From: Mobula birostris
Lineage: Eukaryota
Direction: 5' to 3'
Assembly: GCF_030028105.1 (NCBI RefSeq)
Contig: NC_092385.1
Location: forward strand, 42,271,433-42,335,432
Length of the DNA stretch: 64,000 bases
Shown: piece by piece, positions 25,373-37,359 of the stretch
Layout of the letters: every line of letters begins with the position of its first letter
Position numbering within the stretch: the first letter of the stretch is position 1
The notes under the pieces: model-generated
Seen by the model: only the letters and a program-made list of their open reading frames with translations
Databases searched by the model: none
What the model was told of the DNA's origin: nothing
Made by a program: the position numbers and the translations under genes

Positions 25373-27296
25373 ATTCCAACTGCAATAGCCAAAGTAAGTC
25401 ATGAAGTTCTTAATAGGAGTTAAAGAATGCCAAACCCTAATTATTGAAGACTTTAATTCTCATAGAAAAGAAGTTAGGCTTAGCAAGTACTCAACTCAAA
25501 TTGAAACTCACACAACAATCACTAATTAAAATATTGCTAAATTAAAACTGTCCAATAAGAATTGATTTTCAGCACAGAGATATGCGAAACAGCTAAGAAA
25601 ATATATTTTCTTGCACGTTGCTCGGAATCCAGTGCAATAGTTAATAACCAACATAATATTCAACTGAAGGAAACAGTACAGGGCTTTTGTTTATGAATGA
25701 TAATTGTCATGGTCTTAAAAATCAAAATGAATGTAGAGTATTTGGAAATATCACTACATTTTAAAAAAAATGGAAATAGCCTTTGCAATTGCAAAGAAAA
25801 TCAACTGGTTCTTAAGCAACATGGGTTTTACCTGTTATAAAATAAAACTTCAGTTTCAATGCAGGTTGTAAGGTACCTGACAAGCCAGGCCAGTTGACAC
25901 CGCAACTGGGTTCAATCAAGGCAACCTCAAATACATTAAGTGATAAGAACTGAAGCAAAAAATATTTTTATTTTAAAAGATTGGTAGTTGCCAATCACTC
26001 AATATGCAGACTTAACTGTGGGTGTAACTGAATGTTCGTTAGTCAAAAAAAGGTACACAATTTACCTAATGCTTCTGCCACTTTGACTTCTATCAAACAT
26101 GAACCTATATACTGGCTTGAATGAAATGCCTCCAGGCCAGCATTACCCTTGGTTTAGCTTCAGATTTGCAATCTAATCTTGTTGTGCACTGAATGGACTG
26201 TTACATCCACATGGATTTGTACAAGTGAACAACATTCTGAACAGATGTAATTCAACATCTACATGAAAGAACACAATTTTACAGTAAGAACTTCTGTTAA
26301 AAAAGAAAGTCCACCTGAAAGTTAACATCACAGTTGTCATAGTATATCTTCGATGGAACAGGTAAAACAAAAGACTAATGGTGAATTGCAAAAGAAGATT
26401 CTTTGGATCATGAGATTTTCAAAATAAATGCTGTGAACAAACTATAATGATTGAATAATACCTGATGGGAAGTTGAGGAACCATACGTCTCAAACAAATT
26501 TGTGCACAAAATAGAACAATTTACAGTCCTCATTTTATTACTTTAGTCTGGAATTATACAGATATATTCCAGAGTTTATGGCAATGGAGCAAATGTAGAA
26601 TATGTATGGAAATGTTTACATAATTGATTAGTTATTGATGATTCACCATCATCTGATTAACTCGTGTGTGCTTCAAGTAAATGAATGCATACTTAATTTT
26701 CAAAATCCATTCCTTTGCACATTGATTCACTGTGCACGTGACAGCCAGAATCTATTGCAGTCAGCAAGTAAATAGTGAACTGATGAGCTTATTTAATTTC
26801 AATGAAGTTTACATGAATTTCTATAAGAGATCTGGAACTTGTATGTTCAGGAAGAGAGCAGATGCTCTTTGAGTAAAGCCAAATATAGGGGAGAAAGTTC
26901 GGTCTGAAAAAAAACAATAGGTAGGAGAAAGAGATAAAAGAGGCAGAAAATATTCATGCTTTGTTTTTCAGATAATTGCTGAGGGAGTAAAACCTAACAC
27001 TGATGAGTATTATTTTCACTGCCAGAGATGTTTGACAGGGAAATAGACAAAAGAAACCATCGAGGTGAATGGACTTCAGTGAGCAAACTCCAAATTTCTG
27101 AGGCAAATATAGTTTGTACATGTAATATGGATACAGGAAACTGTATAAGTGGAAGAAAATATATTGAATTAAAATAAAAAGAAGCAAGCTGAAGGGTTGA
27201 AATGAAGGTAGGCGGAATAGAAATATGCTAATGTAGAATACAACACCAAAGCAAACCAGTCGGACTATTTTCTGAGCCATGTTTTCCATGAAACAG

Positions 27297-27587
27297 CCTC
27301 AGAATGGAGGGCTGTCCTTTTAGAACAGAGATGAGGAGGAAATTCTTCAGCCAGAGCGTGGTGAATCTGTGGAATTTTTCGCCACAGGCAGCTGTGGAGG
27401 CCAAATCTTTACATATATTTAAGGCAGAGATTGATAAATTTTTGATTGGTCAGGACATGAAGGCATATGGGGAAAAGGCAGGAGACTGGGGATGAGAGGA
27501 AAATTAGATCAGCCATGATGAAATGACGGAGCAGATGCGATGGGCCAAATGGCCTAATTCTGCTCCCATGTCTTATGGTCTTATGGT
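27297..27587 (+). mobile_element. CR1 3' fragment
   Basis: Reads EGCPFRTEMRRKFFSQSVVNLWN, with tail ggcctaattctgctcccatgtcttatggtcttatgg. Confidence 0.9.
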
Positions 27588-29888
27588 AATTCAATGAATC
27601 AGCACAAGTACTGATTGAAGACAAAAAAAATAGGAAAGGGAATGTGCCATTCAAACCTGCCCCACCATTTAATGCAAATATGGCTAATCTCAATCTTCCT
27701 ACTTTACACTATTTACTGTATATAAATTATATGGTCTGCAATGTACTGCCACCACAAAACCTTTGATTTCACAATGTATCAGTGATAATAAATCCAATAC
27801 TGGTTTTACCCCAGACCTGAATATACAGTACAAAATGAAATAAAGCAAACATCTTTAACACAAGTAACTAATGCCTGGCAGCGATTTAAACATTAGATGC
27901 TCTGATGTTTCAATATAATATATACATAACCACCCCTCAATTAGTTTGCTGACAGCACGATGAGGTAGCAACAATAGAGAGTTGAATCCTTATGCAATTT
28001 AATCAGAAGCACTATTATTCCCTCAGTTCCATTGGGACTCATGAATTCAGGAAATGTAAGAAAAGGAAAATTAATAGTTGATTATTTTTGTATCTCTTTT
28101 CAAAGCTAATTAAGTTGAGTTGGATGTTCTTTTTATTGCAATCAATTCTCTTTTAAATTCTGTGAGGTTACATAAGCTCATGAAAGGTGGTATGATTTTG
28201 ATTTCAGCTCTAGCAGATAATAGCAGTACAAAGTAAGAAGACTAGGTAATAAAGGATTAGATAAACATTTACTCATATATGATCCAAGCGCACTCACTTT
28301 CAGAAGAAACCACAGCATCATCCAATTGGCACTATTATGGTGATTTAATGACACATGCAATTATAATGGTAATCATCATCATGGGGAAGAAGAACTAGAT
28401 CCAATTTCTACCTCAAATGTATAACCCAAATGCAATTCAATCTAAAATGAAATACTGAAATCTTGCTGTGCTTACATGTTTGACTACTGTGAAACTGCTT
28501 TCAGACAGGCTACAAATCCAGGCCATAAATAATTTTTTATTCAGTGAGAAGTCTATTGCTTGGAATAAATAAGTGATTAAAAATAACCATGTAATGTTAA
28601 CTCTAATTGTGGTAATGAAACAGCAGTTGACTAATAGATTATTATCATATCCCTGTTACACACTATACTCCATCCTTCATAAATAACTGTGGCATTTGGC
28701 CTCTTTTAAAATCACATTCTCTTTGCTATATTCTGTTGTTTCTAGGATGCATTTTGATGCATTTTAATTGTTTTCCAGTCTATAGCTCCTGCAGGGCAAA
28801 CACATACTAACTGAGGCACATGCATCAGAGAGGATGGGGGGGGGGGGATGGGAGGAGAATAGAAAGGTCAAAAGGAATCTCTCTTGGGTGAGGCCCAGGC
28901 ATTGCCATGTTGATAAACTATTAACAAAATCATCTGCTTGATAGGTTAATGAGGCAAGTTGGAGAGAAGAAACAACCTCCAAGCAGATGACAAAAAGCTG
29001 TGAAATACAGATGCAGAAACAGCGTAGAAGTTCAGAGTTAAGGTGGAAAGGTAAAAAAAACCACAAAAGCAAAAATGACAAGCAACTTTGCAACAGGGTA
29101 ATGAAGAAGTCAGGAGGTTAGTAACCCTGATTAGCCCTATACAAACAAAACATATGAACAATTGAAAAGTGTGAAAAATATATCTAAATCTTCAAGCCCA
29201 TAAATTCCAAATACAGTGCATATTAAGTGTGATTCTGTGAATGAAAATATTTCTTGCAATAATCCTGCAATTTCCTGATACTATGTCATCTACATTTACT
29301 TTGTTTCAACCAGCCTTAGCTATTTCTAATAATCTACACAACCAAATTCAAACAGCTTTATCATTTAAAAATAATTATTTTCTTTTTAAACCAGTACATA
29401 TAAGATAGCTACTGAATCCGATTTTGTACTTGTTCCGCTGAACAACCCAAACCTTCACTTAATTTCTCAATAGTGCCATGAGATTGCATACAAGCAATCA
29501 ATAATTCCTCTCAGGAATCTTTCACAAATCTTACTCCCACAAAGTAGTAAAATAATGAGTAGATTTAACTGTGATAAAAAAAAAGCCAATTTACCCATCA
29601 AATTCATTGCCCTCCTATCTTAGCATTTAATACTCATAGGTTTCAAACACTTTAAATCAATTTTTATGAAAAATTGTTGCTGACTTATTCCTACTTGACA
29701 GAATATGAATTTTCCATTTTCCTTCCTCATGTACTTCCATTCAATTTATAAATTCATTTTAGCAAGATGGGCAATGCTGGTGGTGCCATCATTTGCTGCT
29801 CATCTCTAACTGCCCATAGAAAACTGTTGGTGAGCCTTCTAGAGAATCACTGCACACCTTCATGGGGAAGGTACTCCCAGAGCACTAC

Positions 29889-30427
29889 TCAGTTCTGGTC
29901 ACCTCACTACAAGAGGAACATCGATACTATAGAGAGAGTGCAGAGGAGATTTACAAGAATGTTGCTTGGACTGGAGGGCGTACCTTATGAGAATAGGTTG
30001 AGCAAACTTGGCCTTTTCTCCTTGGAGCGACGGAGGATGAGAGGTGATGTCATAGAAGTGTATAAGATGAAAAAGGACCTTGATTGTGTGGATAGCCAGC
30101 GGCCTTTCTCCCAGGGCTGAAATGGCTAACACGAGGGGGTGTAGTTTTCAGGTGCTTGGAAATAGGTACCAAGGGGATGTCAGGGGCAAGTTTTTCACAC
30201 AGAGAGTGGTGGGTACATGAAATGCACTGCCGGCGGCAGTGGGGCAAGCAGGTACAATAGGGTCTTTTAAGAGCCTCTTAGATAGGCATATGGAGCTTAG
30301 ATAAATAGATGGCTATGCACTAGGGAAATTCTAGGCAGTTTCTAGAGTAGGTTGCATAGTCAGCACAACATTATGGGCTGAAGGGCCTGTGATGTGCTGT
30401 AGATTTCTATGTTCTATGTTCTATGTA
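29889..30427 (+). mobile_element. CR1 3' fragment
   Basis: Reads QFWSPHYKRNIDTIERVQRRFTRML..RLSKLGLFSLERRRMRGDVIEVYK, with a (ttctatg)3 tail. Confidence 0.92.
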
Positions 30428-30434
30428 CTGTTAA

Positions 30435-31258
30435 CACTGGACGATAGTTTTCTTGAAGGCATTGCTTCCTCAGAAATATTTTATGGTTATGATAGACCAG
30501 TTGAAGCTGAACACAAATATAATGTCAGACTAGTTGTATCACATGGGAATTTGGAGAAACAACAAATTAACTTTTATTAAATATAATGCATTTACGGTAA
30601 TTGGATAATGGTGCTGTTGCTTTGTAATAATTCAACTAAGCTACAAATGTTTTGTTGATAATTTTCATTTGTACTCAGTGTTTGAGGCTTTTTGCTTAAG
30701 TGACCAACAATAATCAAGCAGCATTGTTGGATTCCAGTTGCCCTGATACCGTTTCTCCATGACCACAACGTCCTGGTGAAATTTCCGTTTCACCATGCTC
30801 GACACAGATAATGCCAAGATTTGCAGGGAAAACTTTGAAATGGGAATGAAGAAAATGAATCTTTAGTGACATATTGCACTTCATGGTTTTGTATGCATGA
30901 AGCACACTGTCAACTAAGGGAATGTACAAATGTTTGTAGTTTGGTGCTATGTAGTTGCCAAGTAAATTTTCAACAACATCTTTGAGTGCCTTCTGTGCAA
31001 TTTTCTCCGGTCCTGCTAGAAGTTCTTTGAATTGCCTGTCATTAATGACCCACATGATTTGTGGACCAACAAAAATACCTTCCTTAATCCTGAGATCAGT
31101 TATTCTGACTTGAATATGAATTGAAATAACAAACGTAGGCAATTTCATAAAATAAATGGTGTGTGATAGGGAAATTTCATGGTGACTTTCATGATCAGCA
31201 GCCCAAAATCTATAAAATACCGTAAGCATTCAGGAAGCAAAATCTTTGTTGCCCAGTG
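30435..31258 (-). mobile_element. Chapaev3-type (CMC) DNA transposon, internally deleted, both ends present, 3-bp TSD TAA
   Basis: Flanks are taa|cactgg and ccagtg|taa. The minus frame reads IKEGIFVGPQI..LGNY..CNMSLKIHFLHSH..FPANLG..EHGE and then, after a frameshift, FHQD..MEKRYQGNW..DYCWSL, the Chapaev3-type transposase C-terminus. Confidence 0.85.
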
Positions 31259-31756
31259 TAAGCAGTTCCAAATTTAGATCATATTATGAAGGACCAGAAA
31301 TCTACTTTCAAGTTAAGATGTTTGGCATCAGCACATTATGCAGAAGGTGATTATATTTCCTTCAGCTTGCTTCCCTTGTCCTTAATAGCGGCAAAAATTA
31401 GAGATTTGGGAAGTACTGGTGGAATAATCTGGTGAATAACTGAAACACATTGTGGCAGGTGGTATGTATTGTAGCCACTGCATACCAGTAGAGGGATTGA
31501 ATGTTCAGTCTGATTGATAGGGCACCAATTGCTTTGGTGTCAAATTTCTCAAGTGCTGTTGGCAGTGCCCTTATATAAGCAAGTGAAGCATACTTCATCA
31601 CACAGATAGTGGAAAAGCCCTTGGATGTCATGAGATGAGTTACTCATTGCAAGATGCCCAGCACCTGACCAGCTCTTGATATTTATCAAGTTAGTCCAGT
31701 TCAGAGTCTATTCAACAATAAGCTGATAATGCAATGCAACTGCATGTCAAAAAGAG

Positions 31757-32415
31757 CCTGAAGAGAGTGAGCAGTTTCAACTTCCTGGGTGTCAAGATCT
31801 CTGAGGATCTAACCTGGTCCCAACATATCGATGCAGTTATAAAGAAGGCAAGACAGCGGCAATACTTCATTAGGAGTTTGAAGAGATTTGGTCTGTCAAC
31901 AAATACACTCAAAAACATCTATAGATGTACCATGGAGAGCATTCTGACAGTCTGCATCACTGTCTGGTGTATATTTTGTCGGCTCTATCTTGGGTACAAG
32001 CCTACAAGGTACTCAGGGCATCTTCAAGGAGTGGTGTCTCAGAAAGGTAGCATCCCTCATAAGTACCTCCAGCACCCAGGGCATGCCTTTTTCTCACTGT
32101 TACCATCAGGTGGGAGGTACAGAAGTCTAAAGGCACACATTCAGTGATTCAGGAACAGCTTCTTCCCTCTGTCATCCGATTCCTGAATGGACATTGAACC
32201 CTTCGACACGACCTCACTTTTTTAATGTATATTATTTCTGGTTTTTTTGCATGATTTTTGATCTATTCAATATACATACATTGTAATTGATTTACTTATT
32301 TATTTAATATTATTATTTTATTTTGATTTTTTCTATATTATGTAATGCATTGAACTACTGCTGCTAAGTTAACAAATTTCACATCACATGCCGGTGATAA
32401 TAAACCTGATTCTGA
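31757..32415 (+). mobile_element. Rex1/Babar LINE 3' fragment
   Basis: Reads RVSSFNFLGVKISEDLTWSQHIDAVIKKARQRQYFIRSLKRF..HPGHAFFSLLPSGGRYRS, with tail gataataaacctgattctga. Confidence 0.9.
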
Positions 32416-32865
32416 GTTCTATTTTTACTGAAGGTAGTTGTTGCCTATCACTTTTGTACAAATGTTACCTGCTATTTCTCACCCATGCAGGATTTCTTCC
32501 AGTCTTGATCTAAATGGACATACATTACTGTATTTGCTGAAGAATTGTGAATGGCTTTGAACATTGGGTAATCGTTGGCAACTATCCCATTACTGACTTT
32601 ATGGTGGAAGGGAAGCCACAGATGCATCAGATCCAAATACATTGCTCTCAGGAACTCCTGCAGTGATATTCTGAGATTGGATTGGATGATCTCCAACAAT
32701 CATAAATTTTAGTCTGACAGATGACTGCAAACAGCAAGCTTTTTCCCCCTTTGTTGGCCACTGAAAACTGCTTTATCAGTGTGCTTTGGTACCATTCTGC
32801 ATGCAGGTAATGTCTTGATGTTAAGGGTAATCAACTGGCAGACCATCCTTGGACCTTAGATGTTT

Positions 32866-33095
32866 CATCCAGATGGGTGTCTGGAATGTGCACGCAGGGT
32901 AAGTGGTAGAGGCAGATATATTAGGCATTTTGAAGAAATGTTTAGAGAGGCACATAAATCTGAGGGAAATGGAAGGATATGGACATTGTGTAGGCAGAAG
33001 TTATTAGTTCAGTTGGCCATTTGGTTACTAATTTAATTGGTTCAGCACAACATTGTGGGTAGAAGGTCCTGTTCCTGTGCTTTACTGTTCTATGT
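32866..33095 (+). mobile_element. CR1 3' tail fragment
   Basis: ggtgtctggaatgtgc... through gggtagaaggtcctgttcctgtgctttactgttctatgtt, a CR1-type terminus. Confidence 0.75.
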
Positions 33096-33662
33096 TTTAT
33101 CCATAACTGAAGCATGGTGTCCCTCATGAAACTGAAACTGGGTATTGATTAGTCAATCATTGTTTAGTAAGTATGACTGACTTTGAAAGCTGCCACAAAT
33201 TTATTGTTCAAGTAAATAGATTGTTTTACAAAATATATTCCTTTACAACATTTACAAATTCAAGAACTCTCCAAGATTCCTTTTCTCACTTTTACGTTCA
33301 ATTTTATATTGAGTGTTGCATATTTTGTATATTATTTTATGGGAAATATAAGGCAAGAAATACATATATTGGTAGTAGACTACATAATAACTCACCTGAT
33401 ATAAGTCTACTAACTGAAGAAAAAGAGGCAAAAGATTTAAGATGCTGGTGCCTCATGTGCAGCCCTGTTCATACTACATTGATAAAGAAAATTCCATTCA
33501 AGTTTCTAGGCGAGAGTTGACCGATGAGAAAGCTCTTATTCAAATAATACATCACCAAGAGAAGCTTCCAGAACTTTCCAGAATTATACATATATAAGCA
33601 CTAGGGGACACACTGAACTTGCATATTCATACGGTGGCTACTAGGAAGCTTATTAAACTGCT

Positions 33663-35020
33663 ACAGAAAGATCGAGAAAGGGGAGGGAGGTGTCGGAAAT
33701 GATCTAGATCTAGGTGTCTAGATCATTCTGTCTTTATCTCTGGAGACAGCTTATCTACTCATGTCTACTATAAGCTTCCTGACTCTCACAGCTATCTGGA
33801 CTATTCCTCTTCTCACCCTGTCTTTTGCAGAAATGCCATCCCCTTCTCGCAATTCCTCCGTCTCCACCGCATCTGGTCTCAGGATGAGGCGTTTCATTCC
33901 AGGACGAAGGAGATGTTCTCCTTTTTTAAGGAAAGAGGCTTCCCTTCCACCACCATCAACTCTGCTCTCAAATGCATCTCCCCCATTTCACGCACATTTG
34001 CTCTCACTCCATCCTCCCGCCACCCCACTAGGAATAGGGTTCCCCTTGTCCTCACCTACCACCCCACCAGCCTCCGGGTCCAACATATAATTCTCCGTAA
34101 CTTCCGCCACCTCCAATAGGATTCCACCACTAAGCACAGCTTTCCCTCTCCCCCCCCCCCCCCCGCTTTCCGCAGGGATCATTGCCTACACGACTCCCTT
34201 GTCCATTCATCCCCCCCATCCCTCCCCACCGATCTCCCTCCTGGCACTTATCCTTGGAAGCGGAACAAGTGCTAAACATGCCCTTACACTTCCTTCCTCC
34301 CTACCATTCAGGGCCCCAGACAGTCCTTCCAGGTGAGGCAACACTTCACCTGTGAGTCAGCTGGGGTGATATACTGCATCCGGTGCTCCTGATGTGGCCT
34401 TCTGTATATTGGCGAGACCCGACGCAGACTGGGAGATTGTTTCGCTGAACACCTAAGCCCTGTCCACCAGAAAAAGCAGGATCTTCCAGTAGTCACACGT
34501 TCTGATATGTCTATCCACAGCCTCCTCTACCGTAAAGATGAAGCCACACTCAGGTTGGAGGAAAAACACCTTATATTCCGTCTGGATAGCCTCCAACCTG
34601 ATGGCATGAATATTGACTTCTCAAATTTCTGCTAATGCCCCACCTCCCCCTTGCACCCATTCATTATTTATTTATATACCCACATTCTTTTTCACTCTCT
34701 CCTTTTTCTCCCTCTGTCCCTCTCACTATACCCCTTGCCCATTCTCTGGTTTTTTCCCCCTCCCCCTTTTCTTTCTCCCTAGGCCTCCTGTCCCATGATC
34801 CTCTCATATCCCGTTTGCCAATCAACTGTCCAGCTCTTGGCTCCATCCCTCCCCCTCCTGTCTTCTCCTATTATTTTGGATCTCCCTCTCCCCCTCTCAC
34901 TTTCAAATCTCTTACTAGCTCTTCCTTCAGTTAGTCCTGACGAAGGGTCTCGGCCTGAAACGTTGACTGTACCTCTTCCTAGAGATGCTGCCTGGCCTGT
35001 TGCGTTCACCAGCAACTTTT
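33663..35020 (+). mobile_element. Penelope-like element (RT C-terminal part, GIY-YIG, terminus) with a short 5' inversion
   Basis: Reads DSHSYLDYSSSHP..NAIPFSQFLRL, FFKERGFPSTTI, RVPLVLTYHP and RQHFTCESAGVIYCIRCS*CGLLYIGETRRRLG, followed by a CT-rich UTR and a hammerhead terminus. Confidence 0.93.
34933..34968 (+). ncRNA. Minimal type I hammerhead ribozyme motif
   Basis: agtc-CTGACGA-agggtctcggcct-GAAAC-GTT-gact: intact core boxes, stem I agtc/gact, palindromic ACGT stem III and GUU triplet. Confidence 0.75.
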
Positions 35021-35549
35021 ACATTTGACCAGCTCTTATTTCAATCAGGTCCTAAATACAGAGCAGATTGACAGGGCATTATTTTATTCTCAAAATTTGA
35101 ATACTATTTGCAAGTCTCACAGTTACAAAACAAAGCAAAATATATTTTTAAATTTTATAAAATTGTTTGAATTCCCATGTGCTTTTAATTTCTGTCCTGT
35201 GATTCTTATTGGAGAAAGTAAGGATAAAGTTACAATATACCATATATTAGCAAAAAAAGTATCTTGTTAATTAACACACAAAATCCACCCTCCACTGACA
35301 AATTAGTCTTTCTCCATGTTGAACACTGTCTGCAAGAAGATCTGAGAGTAGCAAGACCCAGAACTGTTTAATGAGCTTCAATGCCAATCATAAAGTTTTG
35401 CTTCATAGCATTATCACTGTCAAAGCAAGTTGAATTCTGAAGGGTATACCAGCAAGACTCAGGATACGGGAAGAACAAAGTAATAAAATAAATGAATCTA
35501 CTTCTCCCAGGTAGTTCATTCTTTTTAAAAATAGAACATCACTGCTACT

Positions 35550-36085
35550 GGGCGCCATGTGTGCAATGCTAACACGAGGAAATCTGCAGATGCTGAAAAT
35601 TCAAGCAACACACACAAAATGCTGGTGGAACGCAGCAGGCCAGGCAACAGCTATAGGAAGAAGTACAGTCGCCGTTTCAGGCCGAGACTCTTCGTCAAGA
35701 CTAACTTCTTTCAGCTAGTCTGGACGAAGGGTCTTAGCCCGAAAGGTGGACTGTACTTCTTCCTATAGATGCTGCCTGGCCTGCTGCGTTCACCAGCATT
35801 TTGTGTGTGTCGTGTGCAATGCTATTACAATTTGAGGCATTGGAGCTTGGAGTTAAATCCTGGCGTCCTTTGTAAGGAGACTCCTTATATCCTCAGGAAA
35901 TGCATAGCTTTTCTCTTGATCCACCGGTTTCCTTCCACAGTCCAAAGACGTATTGGGTGGGTTAATTGGTCATTGTAAATTGTCCAAAGATCAGGTTAGG
36001 ATAAAATTGGGATTGTTGGGAGTTGCAGTGCAGCTCCAAGAGCTGGAAGGGCTTATCCTGTGTTGTATCTCTAAATAAATAAATA
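35550..36085 (+). mobile_element. V-domain SINE interrupted in its tRNA-like head
   Basis: V core ccggtttccttccacagtccaaagacgt, B-box-like gagttaaatcc and an (aaat)n tail. Confidence 0.75.
35572..35811. mobile_element. Fold-back element made of two inverted Penelope termini, 13-bp TSD
   Basis: TSD gtgtgcaatgcta at 35559-35571 and 35812-35824. Arms ~35608-35706 and ~35713-35810 are near reverse complements. Confidence 0.88.
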
Positions 36086-36957
36086 TATTATCAAGTACAG
36101 AGACATTCCTAACTCCACTTCACAGAGTGACACAACAATCATGCTGTGAGAGAATGAGAACAGATCTGATAATACATTATTGGATACCCATAAAACAAGG
36201 TGGACCACCAGCAAGAGCAGGCTTGTATTCCACGAACAACTGGGAGCTCATCGCCCAGAACCTTTTCTCAGTAAACCACTAACATCAAGTCAGAAACCCA
36301 GCTTGAATTGTGCAGAAGAACATGCCAAGGGCAATGCCAGACTTGCCTAAAAATGAGATGCCAGCCTTGTTAAGCCATGATCAGGACTGCCTGGATGTCA
36401 AAGGAGAAAAGCTGTTTGAGACAGAGCTAAGTGACTAAAGAGCTTACATATGAGATGAAGGCTCCTCAGTGTTGTCACAGTGAACAATTAAAGGGCTAAC
36501 AGATGGCAGGAGCTCCAAAAACATCCCCATCCTCAATGTGTTGGAGGCTGTTCAGTGAGTGGTGAAGACAAGCCTGAAACATTTTCAGTCACCTTCAGCT
36601 CTAAGTAGTGAGTGGTTGATTCAACTGCTGAAGTATCAAAGAAGCCAGACCAGTCAGTGAGGTTTAATCCACGTATCAAGAAACAGCTCCAAGTGCTAGT
36701 TAATGCAAAGACTGCGGGAGCAGACAGTATTTTGGTTGTGGAGCCAAAGGCTTACAGCTAAAAAATGTGAAATGCATCTCTAGCCAAGTTGTTCTCATGC
36801 AGCAAGAACACTGGCAGCTCATTTACATTGTGGATAATTGCCTTGGTATATTCAGCCCATCTGGCTCATTTCTGCCCCATAATTTCAATCATAAACATGT
36901 TTGCTGGTTATTGCACAAAGTGTAGCTCCATTTACAAGTGCTTTAGAAAGTTAAATC

Positions 36958-37263
36958 ATCCTGTTCAAGGGTCTTGGCCCAAAACATTGACTGTTCATTT
37001 CCTTCCATAGTTGCTGCCTGACCTGCTGAGTTCCTCCAGCATTCTGTCTGATTAATGGCAAGTGACATTCTTGATAAAGCCAAGTAATGACTATGGGCAG
37101 AAAATGTGTATTGCTGCATTAGCCACATAAATAGTGTCAAAAGGAGATTGAATCCTGGGTACCTCAAAGCAACATATAGAAAATGCTGAAGGAACTCAGC
37201 AGGTCAGGCAGCATCTATGGAAATGAACAAACAGTCAACAATTTGGGCTGAGACCCTTCTTCA
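36958..37263. mobile_element. Two Penelope-terminus fragments in opposite orientation (36958-37050 +, 37168-37263 -)
   Basis: gctgcctgacctgctgagttcctccagcatt and its near reverse complement aatgctgaaggaactcagcaggtcaggcagc lie ~120 bp apart. Confidence 0.8.
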
Positions 37264-37359
37264 CAAATAACTCACTTCTTGACTCTTCAGAGCTATGGTA
37301 CTATTTGTGAAAGGCACTTCAAGCATGTAATGGAACTGTCACCTGTTGTCCAGATCAGC

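Larger units (their letters stand above)
29765..33190 (-). mobile_element. Old CR1/L2-group LINE in several pieces, hosting four younger insertions
   Basis: Pieces at ~29765-29888, 31261-31755, 32420-32865 and 33096-33190 are collinear and homologous to the copies at 55350-56060 (-) and 36140-38200 (+). Confidence 0.6.
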
